Source: Gemmatimonadota bacterium (GTDB lineage Bacteria; Gemmatimonadota; Gemmatimonadetes; Gemmatimonadales; GWC2-71-9). Taken from it: a DNA stretch of 54,161 nucleotides. The stretch spans positions 1 to 54,161 of the forward strand of contig QHUY01000007.1 of assembly GCA_003223415.1 (NCBI GenBank), written 5' to 3'. The notes beneath the pieces were generated by a model. It searched no databases. It was not told where the DNA came from and worked only from the letters and a program-made list of their open reading frames with translations. A program made the position numbers and the translations under genes. Shown here one piece after another: positions 7,320 to 16,344 of the stretch (position 1 is its first letter; each line of letters begins with the position of its first letter).

Positions 7320-9662
7320 CTAATCGGGGTCGTGCACCAGCAGGGAGCGGCGCGGCGCGGGCATCCGCTCGCGCGGTCGCACGCTGGTCCAGATCTCCTC
7401 GTTCAACAACCGCTCATCGGCCCGGTCCGGTCCCGCGAGGTCGCGGTCCGGGATGCGCGAGCGGAACGCCACAGGGTTCCGCTCGTCGAGCGACCATGTG
7501 CTGGGGAGGGCACGGAACGGGGGGGAGGCCGTGTCCGGCCGCGTCGCGAACGCATTCCAGAGCGGGGTTGCGCCCGCGTCGTACTGCGATAGTGGCGGGA
7601 GACCGAGCAGCAGCCCGATGGTGCGCACCACCGCGCTGGTCGTGTAGAAGGTGCTGTCCACGGCGCCGCGGCGCGCCCAGGGCGAGGCCAGCAGCAGCAC
7701 GGAGCGGTGCGCGTCGATGTGGTCGGGTCCGTTCTGGGCGTCGTCCTCGAGCGCGAACAAGGCCAGAGCACCCCAGGCCGGCGAGCGCGACAGCCGCTCG
7801 ATCACGCGGCCGAGGCCGAGATCGTTGTCGGCCACCATGGCGCGCGGCGTCGGTTGGCCGGGGCGCCGCCCGAGGGTGTGGTCGCGCGGCAGGTACAGGA
7901 TGACGAGGTCGGGGAAGCGGCCCTGCCGGTCCCAGCTGTCCACCGAGTCGGCGAACATCCCGGCGCGCACGGTGTCGGGGATCGCGAGCACGAAGCTCGG
8001 ATACTGCAGGTCGGTGATTCCGCGCAGGCCAGGGAGATTGGTGTGGTAGACGGTCGCGGTCGATTCGCCCTCCACCATCTCGCCGAAGTTCACCACCCAC
8101 AGCCCCTTCTTGCGGGCCGCATCCCAGAGATAGGCGTCGCGAGGATTGGCGAGGTCTTCGCCGCTCGACACGTCCCATGTCCGCCGGTTGGAGTAGATGG
8201 CGGGCCAGGTCTTCTCGTTGTACTCCCCGGCGAAAGCGCGATCACTCCACTCATGGCCATCGGCGCTGACTTCCCCGTCCACGTAAAAGTTGTCGAACAG
8301 CACCCAGCGCCCAGCGATGGCGTGCGCGTTCGGCGTGACCGAGTCGTTGAAGAGGGCGAGTGAGCGATCACCGTTGCCTTTGGCCACGTCTCCGAACACC
8401 TGGTCGTACGTGCGGTTCTCGCGAATCACGTACACAACGTGTCGGACGGGCGGACGGGCGGACGGTCGGACCGAGGCCCGCAAGGCCGGATTCGTGTAGG
8501 GACTCAGTGCATACACTTCCCGTGTGTAACGGGCTAGGCGAACGTCATCGGGGACAGGGATGATCGAGATCGATCCCGTGATGACGTCCCCGATGTATTT
8601 GTGGTCGGCGTTGGGAGCCGAGCCGTTGCCTTTTCCGTTGGCGACGTAGAGGGTCTTGCCGTCGGCGCTCACCGCTACGGCCGTCGGATACCACCCAGCG
8701 GGGATCAGACCCGCCACGCGCATCGGGCCCGGGGCAGGGGCGAGGGAGACCACGGCCACGGCATTGTTGCCTGCCATAGCGACGTATAGCGTCCGGCCGT
8801 CGGGAGCGAGGGCGAGCCCGTTCGGGTCGCTGCCGACCGGCGCGCGGGAGGGGGGGCCCAGCGCTACCGTGAGCTGCTCGATCACCTTGCCGGTGGCGAG
8901 GTCAAGCCGCGCGACGCCGTTGGCGCCGGCGAGCGCCGCCCACAGCTCGCGGCCGCGCACCGCCAGCGCGGAAGGGTGGGGGCCGACGAACAGGGCGGTC
9001 GGGCGGTCAGGCGGTCGGGCGGTCAGGTCGATGACCGACACCGTCGAGTCGCCCCAATTGCTGACGTAGAGGTGCGAGGAATCCGCCACGACGGTGTACG
9101 GATGCTCGCCCACGGGGAACGCGCCGCGGCGCGCGAGCGTTGCCGCGTCGATCAGGTAGACGGAATCGCTGAGGTTGCCCACCGCGGCTACGAGGCCGCG
9201 CCCTGGCACCACGGCGATACCGCCCACGAAGAGCCTCACGGCGGAGTCCGCGAGCTGCATGGAATCGCGCGTCCAGCTCGAGTCGGCCCGCACGAAGCGG
9301 TGGACCGTGTTCATCTTCCCGCCGCTCACCCACAGCGTGTCGTGTCCGGCGGAACCCGAGCGCGCGAGGCCGACCCAGGCGGCGTGCTGCGGCAACGTCC
9401 ACACCACCCGACCGGCGGCAGGGTCGACGCCGCGCACACCGTTCGCCCCGTATCCGTTCGCCGGTACGGCCAGCTGCCCGTCGGAGAGAACGACCAGATT
9501 GAGCGGCAACGTGCCGACGGTGACCTGCCGGCCGGCGGGGTGAATGCGCCAACCCGACGGCAGGACGACCGTGCCGTCGGGGCGGGGGCCGGGGACGAGG
9601 CGGGTGGCGAGCAGGCCGATGCCGGCCGCGGCGGGAAGGGCGAGCCAGGAGTATTTGCGCAT
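7320..9662 (-). CDS. YVTN/YncE beta-propeller fused to a phosphoesterase (alkaline phosphatase superfamily)
   Basis: Propeller repeats (VGxHP, LYVxNxG) followed by VVYVIRENRTYDQVFGD, SADGHEW and EDDAQNGPDHIDAHRS. ATG 9662 is preferred over the ORF-track start. Confidence 0.85.
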   Translation of the reverse strand: MRKYSWLALPAAAGIGLLATRLVPGPRPDGTVVLPSGWRIHPAGRQVTVGTLPLNLVVLSDGQLAVPANGYGANGVRGVDPAAGRVVWTLPQHAAWVGLARSGSAGHDTLWVSGGKMNTVHRFVRADSSWTRDSMQLADSAVRLFVGGIAVVPGRGLVAAVGNLSDSVYLIDAATLARRGAFPVGEHPYTVVADSSHLYVSNWGDSTVSVIDLTARPPDRPTALFVGPHPSALAVRGRELWAALAGANGVARLDLATGKVIEQLTVALGPPSRAPVGSDPNGLALAPDGRTLYVAMAGNNAVAVVSLAPAPGPMRVAGLIPAGWYPTAVAVSADGKTLYVANGKGNGSAPNADHKYIGDVITGSISIIPVPDDVRLARYTREVYALSPYTNPALRASVRPSARPPVRHVVYVIRENRTYDQVFGDVAKGNGDRSLALFNDSVTPNAHAIAGRWVLFDNFYVDGEVSADGHEWSDRAFAGEYNEKTWPAIYSNRRTWDVSSGEDLANPRDAYLWDAARKKGLWVVNFGEMVEGESTATVYHTNLPGLRGITDLQYPSFVLAIPDTVRAGMFADSVDSWDRQGRFPDLVILYLPRDHTLGRRPGQPTPRAMVADNDLGLGRVIERLSRSPAWGALALFALEDDAQNGPDHIDAHRSVLLLASPWARRGAVDSTFYTTSAVVRTIGLLLGLPPLSQYDAGATPLWNAFATRPDTASPPFRALPSTWSLDERNPVAFRSRIPDRDLAGPDRADERLLNEEIWTSVRPRERMPAPRRSLLVHDPD
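8443..8471. repeat. In-frame octamer tandem repeat (CGGACGGG)n
   Basis: About 3.6 units encoding VRPSARPPVR at the linker between the propeller and phosphoesterase domains. Confidence 0.75.
8993..9024. repeat. In-frame octamer tandem repeat (RGGCGGTC)4
   Basis: Four units encoding TARPPDRPTA inside a propeller loop. Confidence 0.75.
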
Positions 9663-9693
9663 GCCCTCGAATATAGGCAGCCTTAGGCCCGGC

Positions 9694-12426
9694 ATGGGTG
9701 GATTCATCTTTCACCTCATCGCGCACACCCACTGGGACCGCGAATGGTACCTGCCGCGCGCTTCATTCCACGCGCGGCTCGTGCCGGTGCTCGACGATTT
9801 GATCGCGCGACTCCACGCCGATCCCGGGTACCGCAGCTTCCTGCTCGACGGCCAGACCATCCTCCTCGAGGACTACCTGCAGGCGCGCCCCGACCGCGAC
9901 GCGGAGGTCAAAGCTCTCGTCAAGACGGGGCGACTCCAGGTCGGGCCGTGGTACGTGCTCGCGGACGAGCTCATCCCCTCGGGGGAGTCGTTGATCCGCA
10001 ACCTCCTCCTCGGTGCCGCCGACGCCGAGCGGCTGGGCGGGCGGCTGGACGTGCTGTACTCGCCCGACGCGTTCGGCCACCCGGCGGCCTGGCCTGAACT
10101 CGCGCGTGAGTTCGGAATCCGGTATGGGGTGCTGTGGCGGGGCCGGGGTGGTGAGCCCGGCGAGGAGCGCGATCTGTTCCGCTGGGCTGGCGCGGCCGGC
10201 CGGGAGGTGCTCGTCTGGCACCTGCCGCCGCAGGGGTACGAGATCGGCGCGGCGCTCCCAGCCGCGCGCGAGCGTCTGAGCGAAGCGTGGCCGCGCGTGC
10301 GCGACGCGCTGCTGGGACGCGCGCAGGGCAAGCATGTCCCGGTGTTCATCGGGGCCGACCACCATGCCGCGCATCCCGATCTGTCCCATCTGCGTGACCA
10401 GCTGGCGGCGCTCGAACCCGAGAACGCAGTGCGCATCTCGCGGCTCGATGAATTCTTCCAGGCGGCGGCCGCTGAGCCCGGGGGCGCCGGGGGAGGGGGG
10501 GGGGGAACGGGGCGGAAGGGGGCCACGGTCCCGGTCCACGCGGGTGAGCTCCGGTGGTCCTACCGCTACACCTGGACGCTGCAAGGCGTGCACGGCACGC
10601 GGCTGCCGCTCAAGCGGCGGCACGCCCTGCTGGAGCTGTGGCTCGAGCGATACGCGGAGCCGCTCGCCACCCTGGCGCGTCGGCACGGCGTCAGCGGGCG
10701 CGACCGACGGCCTTTGCTCGAGCTCGCCTGGCGGACGCTGGTCCGATGCCAATTCCATGATGCGATCGCCGGCTGCACGAGCGACGAGGTGGCCGCGGCG
10801 GTCGAGGCTCGGTTCATCGACGTCGAGGCGTACGCGCGCGAGATCGTGCGAGGCGCGCTGCAGGAGCTCGTGGGGTACGATCCCGACGTGGCGCGGGAAC
10901 GCCCCGCGGCAGCGGGGGGTGGGGGCAGGGGGGGGAGGGAAGGAGGAGGCAGGCTCGCGCTGTGGAACCCCGCGGCACGGCCGCGGGGCGGCGTGGTGAT
11001 CGCCGACGTGTCGTTTTTTCGGCGCGACATCCTCGTGGGTCCGCCTGGCGATCGCAGGCCCCGAGTCGGAGCAGGATACCAGCCGTTCGCCCTGCGGACC
11101 CCGGACGGCCGAGCGGTGCCGGTGCAGCTGCTCGACCGCCGGATGGGGCTGGAGCGGCGCGACGCCGCGCGGCACTATCCGGATCAGGACGAGGTAGACC
11201 AGGTCCGGATCGCGTTCCGGGCGCCGAGCGTAGTGGGTCTAGGGTTCGGGATGCTGGACGTGGGGGAGGTGGTCCCCGGGACCCCTGCATCGACCGGAGG
11301 CGCCGGGGTGCGCGGGCGGACGCTGGTGAATCGGTTCGTCGAAGTGACGCTCGAGCCGGCGGGTGCGCTCGCGTTGCACGACCGCCGCACCGGTGAGCGC
11401 TTCTTCGACCTGCTGCGGCTCGAGGACGGCGGGGATGCCGGGGACACGTACACCTACTGCCCGCCGGCGCGCGACCGAGTCGTGCGCAGGACAGGGCAGG
11501 GGCGGATTCACGTCCGGCGCCTCGCGCCGGGGCCGCTGGTCGCCGCGCTCGAGGCGCGCTGGAGCATGAAGACCGTCGCCGCGCGGCTCGTGGTGATGCT
11601 GTACGCCGACCACCCCGTGGTGCGGTGCCTGCTCGAGGTCGACAATCGCGCGCCCGACCACCGCCTCCGGGCCCGGCTCCCGACGGCGCTCGGCGGAGGG
11701 AGCCCGGCGCTAGCGGGCGCGGCCTTCGGGACGGTGCGCCGCCCGCCGGTGAGCGTCGATCCGGCCGACTTCCCCCTCGAGACGCCGGTCGCGACGGCGC
11801 CGGCGCATCGGTTCGTGGCGGTCGCCCAGGGGCGACGCGGACTGGCGTTGCTCGCGCCGGGGTTCTTCGAGTATGAGTGGACGTCAGGCGGCGACCTGGT
11901 CGTCACACTGCTGCGGGCGGTAGGCGAGCTCTCGCGCGGGGACTTGCCGACGCGGCCAGGCCACGCAGGCTGGCCTACCTCGACGCCGCAGGCGCAATGC
12001 CTTGGCGGCCACCGCATCGAGCTCGGGCTGGTGACGGTTCAGGAAGAGGAGCTCGTGCACGGGCATGTCGTGCTGGCGCACTGGGAGGACGCGTTCGTCC
12101 CGGTGAGCGGCCACTGGATCCGGGACGCCGGGCCGCTGACGCCGGCGCCGGTGGACATCGCGCTCGAAGGCGCGGGACTCATGCTGTCGGCGGTGAAGCC
12201 GGCGCACGCAGGGGGCTCGGGAGCGGGGGGGGGGCTCGTGCTGCGGTGCTACAACGCGACGGACGGAAAGGCGGCGGGCGCCTGGCGCTTCGGCGAGGGT
12301 GTGAAGAGCGCCCATCGCGTGCGCGCGGACGAGCGCGACTCGGTCGCCCTGGTGCTGGAGAACCGCGGCCGCACGGTGCGGTTCGTGGCGGAGCCAAGAG
12401 AAATCGTGACGATTCTGGTGACGTGA
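9694..12426 (+). CDS. GH38 alpha-mannosidase family protein
   Basis: HTHWDREWY, FLLDGQ, GPWYVLADE, DAFGH and QFHDAIAGC motifs. ATG 9694 (MGGFIFHL) is the likely start. Confidence 0.9.
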   Translation: MGGFIFHLIAHTHWDREWYLPRASFHARLVPVLDDLIARLHADPGYRSFLLDGQTILLEDYLQARPDRDAEVKALVKTGRLQVGPWYVLADELIPSGESLIRNLLLGAADAERLGGRLDVLYSPDAFGHPAAWPELAREFGIRYGVLWRGRGGEPGEERDLFRWAGAAGREVLVWHLPPQGYEIGAALPAARERLSEAWPRVRDALLGRAQGKHVPVFIGADHHAAHPDLSHLRDQLAALEPENAVRISRLDEFFQAAAAEPGGAGGGGGGTGRKGATVPVHAGELRWSYRYTWTLQGVHGTRLPLKRRHALLELWLERYAEPLATLARRHGVSGRDRRPLLELAWRTLVRCQFHDAIAGCTSDEVAAAVEARFIDVEAYAREIVRGALQELVGYDPDVARERPAAAGGGGRGGREGGGRLALWNPAARPRGGVVIADVSFFRRDILVGPPGDRRPRVGAGYQPFALRTPDGRAVPVQLLDRRMGLERRDAARHYPDQDEVDQVRIAFRAPSVVGLGFGMLDVGEVVPGTPASTGGAGVRGRTLVNRFVEVTLEPAGALALHDRRTGERFFDLLRLEDGGDAGDTYTYCPPARDRVVRRTGQGRIHVRRLAPGPLVAALEARWSMKTVAARLVVMLYADHPVVRCLLEVDNRAPDHRLRARLPTALGGGSPALAGAAFGTVRRPPVSVDPADFPLETPVATAPAHRFVAVAQGRRGLALLAPGFFEYEWTSGGDLVVTLLRAVGELSRGDLPTRPGHAGWPTSTPQAQCLGGHRIELGLVTVQEEELVHGHVVLAHWEDAFVPVSGHWIRDAGPLTPAPVDIALEGAGLMLSAVKPAHAGGSGAGGGLVLRCYNATDGKAAGAWRFGEGVKSAHRVRADERDSVALVLENRGRTVRFVAEPREIVTILVT

Positions 12427-12493
12427 TGCGCGGACGGGAGTACCCGGCCGGGCAGGCGCCGTGATTGACCCAATCGGCGGCTCGCCGGTCGTG

Positions 12494-12516
12494 CGCGGCT
12501 GTAGCCGCGGCTCGGC
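12494..12516. repeat. REP-like palindrome (left)
   Basis: CGCGGCTGTAGCCGCG hairpin; the 23-nt unit is a 21/23 inverted match to 12870-12892. Confidence 0.7.
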
Positions 12517-12521
12517 ACCTG

Positions 12522-12795
12522 TCAGTAAACTGACTTGGGGAACTGCATGTCGTCCTGGCCCGCGGGCTCGAACTCAGGGGTGTCCCCTGTCCAACCGGGG
12601 ATTGCTTCGTTGGGATGATTGACTAGCTGCTCGCGCAGATACTGCCGGACACGAATCAGGCTACGCTGGCTGACGCTTTCAATGAAGTAGCCCTTGCTCC
12701 ACTGAGCCGCTGAAGCAGTCTCGGTAGTCGGGTGGTGGAGGGGGCTGACGGTCTCGGGTCGTCCAAACGACGTGGCAATAGATCCGATCGTGCAT
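12522..12795 (-). pseudogene. tnpA: IS200-like/RAYT Y1 tyrosine transposase remnant
   Basis: N-terminal MHDRIYCHVVWTTRDRQP and, in another frame, C-terminal WSKGYFIESVS...VRQYLREQ. The central HUH region is missing and the frame switches near 12730-12745. Confidence 0.75.
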
Positions 12796-12851
12796 GCCTG
12801 GAAGGTTGCACCGACGACGCCGGCATGCGGTATCATTTCCCCGCAACAGGA

Positions 12852-12892
12852 GCCACTTTAGTGGCAGAGGCCGACCCGCGGCTTCAGCCGCG
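12852..12892. repeat. REP-like palindromes (right)
   Basis: GCCACTTTAGTGGC (12852-12865) and GCCGACCCGCGGCTTCAGCCGCG (12870-12892). Confidence 0.7.
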
Positions 12893-12928
12893 TCGTAACA
12901 GGGGGCCGGCCTTACTCCCACGAATCAA

Positions 12929-13582
12929 ATGCGCGAACATCACCTCATAGTCCCCCGTTCCGCCCGCTACTTCACCCTGGGCGAGCTCGGTCCCGGCACA
13001 CGCGATGTCTGGTTCGTGTGTCACGGGTACGGGCAGCTCGCCGGCCGGTTCCTGCGACAGTTCGAGCCGCTGATGGACGGAACGCGGTTCGTCGTCGCCC
13101 CCGAGGGTCTGTCGCGCTTCTACCTCGAATCGGGACGAGGGCGCAACGAGAAGGTCGGTGCGAGCTGGATGACGCGGGAGGACCGCCTCAGCGAGATCGC
13201 TGATTACGTCCGATATCTCGACGCGTTGCAGGCGGAGATCCTCCGGGACGTGGACCCCGGCACGGTGGGGGTGCACCTGCTCGGTTTCTCACAGGGCACC
13301 GCCACGGTGAGTCGCTGGACGGCGCTGGGCGCCGTGCGACCCGAACGGATGATCTTGTGGGGCGGGGAAGTGCCCCCTGACCTGGATCTGGCCGCCGGGG
13401 CGCAGGCCCTGCGTCGCGGCCGACTCATCCTCGTGGCCGGGGACCAGGATGAATTCATGACCGGCAAAGTCCTGGCCCGTGACGAAGGGCGGCTGCGCGA
13501 GCAGGGCATCCCGTTCGAGACGCGGCGGTTCCCCGGTGGCCACGAGCTCGACGCCGGCGTGCTGCGGGAGTTGGCGTCATGA
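12929..13582 (+). CDS. Alpha/beta hydrolase (phospholipase/carboxylesterase family)
   Basis: HGYG oxyanion motif, GFSQG nucleophile elbow, GDQD acid and GGH His. Confidence 0.88.
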   Translation: MREHHLIVPRSARYFTLGELGPGTRDVWFVCHGYGQLAGRFLRQFEPLMDGTRFVVAPEGLSRFYLESGRGRNEKVGASWMTREDRLSEIADYVRYLDALQAEILRDVDPGTVGVHLLGFSQGTATVSRWTALGAVRPERMILWGGEVPPDLDLAAGAQALRRGRLILVAGDQDEFMTGKVLARDEGRLREQGIPFETRRFPGGHELDAGVLRELAS

Positions 13583-13583
13583 C

Positions 13584-13658
13584 GGGGACTGGGGAAGGGG
13601 GAATGGGGAATGGCGCGGCACTGCCTTACCTTTCCCCATTCCCCTTTCCCGATTCCCC
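13584..13658. repeat. Inverted heptamer array (GGGGAAT)4...(ATTCCCC)4 between convergent genes
   Basis: Directly visible. It overlaps the Rieske gene 3' end and can fold into a long hairpin. Confidence 0.85.
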
Positions 13659-14783
13659 GTCGTGCCCCAGCGCCGCGAGAAACGCCCGGTCCCACGCCGC
13701 CGGCATGCTCTCGCGCGGTGAGTAGGGGCCCGGCACGTAGGCGCGCGAGGAGATCCCCGCAAAGCTCTGCTCGCAGATGTGCCAGTCTTGCCTGTTGGTG
13801 AGGTCCCAGAACTGTACGGCGTCCTCTGGGTTGAAGTCGGCGCGGCCGGGCGCGTCGGCGCGGAACAGCCACTCGCATTCGATGTGGGTCCGTCCCGGTC
13901 CCTGCGGCCACAGCATGTAGGAGACCGCATAATCGGGGTGGATGCTGAGCATCAGATTGGGGAAGATCGTGTAGTAGTATGCCCGGCGGCGCTCCTCGGC
14001 CGGCACGCCGTCCCCCCCCAACGGCAGGGCGCAGGCCCGGCCGCTCAGCGTCAGGCTGGCGTTGGGCTCGGTGATCAGCATGTAGCCGCCCAGGAACGGC
14101 CCCTCAGTGAGGTCGTTCGCCCCGCTGGTGTAGGGCATCAGGCTGGAGAGCTCAGGGTGGATCACCGGGCAGTGCAGGCATTCGGAGTAATTCTGGAAGA
14201 TCAGCTTCCAATTCGCCGCCACGTCATAGTCGATGCGCTTCACGGCCACCAGGCGAGGCAGCTCGAAGCGCGCCAAGCGGCCGATCAGCGGAGCGAAGGC
14301 CTGCGCGAACGGCTCCGGATCCTGCGCGAGCGAGAGGAACAGGAATCCCTCCCACTCCTCCAGCGCGACGGCGTGGAGGGGATAGTTCCGCTTGTCGAAG
14401 CCTGCGACCTCGTTCATATGAGGCGCGCCGATCAGCTGCCCCTCGGTGGTGTAGGTCCACGCGTGGTAGGGGCACTGGATGGTCTCGGCGAGCCGCCCGC
14501 GCGGCGCTTCGCGCAACCGCGTGCCGCGATGGCGACACACGTTGTAGAACGCGCGTGCCGTACCACGCCCGTCCCGCAGGACGATGATGCTCTCGCCCGC
14601 GATGTCCCGCAGGAAGTAGTCCCCCGGCTGCGCGATCTGCTCGGCGCGGCCGGCGCAGAACCAGCGCGTCCGGAGCAGCCGCTCGATCTCCTCGGCGTAG
14701 ACCTCGGGCGACGTGTAGTACCGCCCCGGCAGGGTGCGGGCGCCCTGGCGGTAGCTCTCGACGGTCTTGAGGAAGGCAGGCAT
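13626..14783 (-). CDS. Rieske non-heme iron oxygenase alpha subunit (choline monooxygenase/GbcA-like)
   Basis: NVCRHRG...CPYHAW Rieske motif, ECLHCPVIH mononuclear iron motif and NRQD. Start ATG 14783 (MPAFLK). Confidence 0.9.
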   Translation of the reverse strand: MPAFLKTVESYRQGARTLPGRYYTSPEVYAEEIERLLRTRWFCAGRAEQIAQPGDYFLRDIAGESIIVLRDGRGTARAFYNVCRHRGTRLREAPRGRLAETIQCPYHAWTYTTEGQLIGAPHMNEVAGFDKRNYPLHAVALEEWEGFLFLSLAQDPEPFAQAFAPLIGRLARFELPRLVAVKRIDYDVAANWKLIFQNYSECLHCPVIHPELSSLMPYTSGANDLTEGPFLGGYMLITEPNASLTLSGRACALPLGGDGVPAEERRRAYYYTIFPNLMLSIHPDYAVSYMLWPQGPGRTHIECEWLFRADAPGRADFNPEDAVQFWDLTNRQDWHICEQSFAGISSRAYVPGPYSPRESMPAAWDRAFLAALGHDGESGKGNGER

Positions 14784-14787
14784 CGGC

Positions 14788-16344
14788 TCAGCTCCGCGTC
14801 GTTTCCTTGAGGATGGTGCGCGCGGCGTTGCGGCCTGCCAGCCCGGCGAGGCCGCCGCCCGGATGCGTGCCCGGCCCGCAGAGATAGAGGCCGTCCACCG
14901 GCGTGCGATACCGGCTCCACCCCGGCACCGGGCGCATGAACAGAATCTGGTCGAGCGACAGCTCCCCGTGGTAGAGGCTCCCCTCGGTGAGGCCCCAGCC
15001 GTCCTCCAGGTCCTTCGGCGTGAGCACCTGCCGAGACACGATCGCGGTCTCGAGATTCGGGGCGTACTCGGCCAGCGTCGCCACGACGACGTCTCCCAGG
15101 GCCTCCCGTTGCGCCGCCGTCCAGCCGCCCCGCAAGTGGTACGGCGCGTATTGTACGAGCACCGACATGACGTGCCGCCCCTGCGGAGCGAGGCTCGGGT
15201 CGAGGAGGCTGGGCAAGCGAACCTCACAGTACGGTTTCCGGGAGATGGCGCCGTGCTTGGCGTCGTCGGAGGCGCGCTCCAGATAGTTGAGGCTCGGGCT
15301 GATCGAGACGGCGCCGTGACCGGTGAGGCCCGCGAACCGCGGCAGCTCGCCGAGGGCGAGGTTCACCTTGGCGACCGCGCCGCGACATTTGATGTGTCGC
15401 ACCGCCAGGGCGACGTCGGGGTCCAAGTGGATCGGCTCGACGAGGCCAAGCAGAGTGCGCCGTGGGTCGGCGGCCGAGACGATCGTCCGCGCCGTCAGTT
15501 CCTCGTCGGACGCGAGGACCACGCCGGTCGCGCGGCCGTCCTTGACGGTGATCCGCCGGACGGCGGTGCCGATGCGGATCTCGGCGCCGTGGCGCTGGGC
15601 CGTCGCGGCGAACGCGCGTGCCAGCGCGCCGACCCCGCCGCGCACCACCATCCGAGAGCGAAACGCTCCCTGGCCCACCAGGTGATGCAGCAGCCCGAAC
15701 GCGGTGCCGCCCGAGCCTGGCCCCTGGTGGAGCCCCGTCACGGCTCCCGCGGCGAGGGTGCCCTTCAGCCCGTCCGCCTGGAACCACTCGTCGAGCAGCT
15801 CGGCGACCGACATCGGCAGGACGCGGAGCAGGTCGATCATCCCGCTCTTGCCGAGTCCGCGGAATCGCCGGCCCAAGCCGAAGAGCGCGAGCAAGTCGCG
15901 CGGCGCGGTGCGCAGCGGCTGGGGCGGCGGCTCCAGGTACAGCGCCTCGAGAAACCCCGCGAGCCGCGTCATCCGCTCGCTGAACTCCGCCCACCTGGCG
16001 GCGTCGGCCGGGGAGAGCGCCCGAATGGATGCGGCGCTCTTCCCGCGGTCGCGAGAGAGCTGGAGTGAGCGGCCGCCGTCGAGCGGTGTCACGACGGCCG
16101 GATCGCTGCGGACCAGTTCCACGCCGTTCACGCCGAGCTCGGAGGCGATGCGCTGCGGCAGCCAGCCGATGTCGTGCTGCACGGTGTCGCAGCGGAAGCC
16201 CGGCGCGATCTCTTCCGTGACGGCCGTGCCGCCGACGCAGGGGCGCTGCTCCAGCACCAAGACGCGCCGTCCGGCCTGCGCCAGATAGGCCGCGGTGACG
16301 AGGCCGTTGAGGCCGGCCCCCACGACGATGACGTCCCCCCCCAT
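14788..16344 (-). CDS. Phytoene-dehydrogenase-like FAD oxidoreductase (paralogue 2)
   Basis: GAGLNGL...LE dinucleotide-binding motif and C-terminal GPGTHPGGG. TGATG-coupled start at 16344. Confidence 0.88.
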   Translation of the reverse strand: MGGDVIVVGAGLNGLVTAAYLAQAGRRVLVLEQRPCVGGTAVTEEIAPGFRCDTVQHDIGWLPQRIASELGVNGVELVRSDPAVVTPLDGGRSLQLSRDRGKSAASIRALSPADAARWAEFSERMTRLAGFLEALYLEPPPQPLRTAPRDLLALFGLGRRFRGLGKSGMIDLLRVLPMSVAELLDEWFQADGLKGTLAAGAVTGLHQGPGSGGTAFGLLHHLVGQGAFRSRMVVRGGVGALARAFAATAQRHGAEIRIGTAVRRITVKDGRATGVVLASDEELTARTIVSAADPRRTLLGLVEPIHLDPDVALAVRHIKCRGAVAKVNLALGELPRFAGLTGHGAVSISPSLNYLERASDDAKHGAISRKPYCEVRLPSLLDPSLAPQGRHVMSVLVQYAPYHLRGGWTAAQREALGDVVVATLAEYAPNLETAIVSRQVLTPKDLEDGWGLTEGSLYHGELSLDQILFMRPVPGWSRYRTPVDGLYLCGPGTHPGGGLAGLAGRNAARTILKETTRS

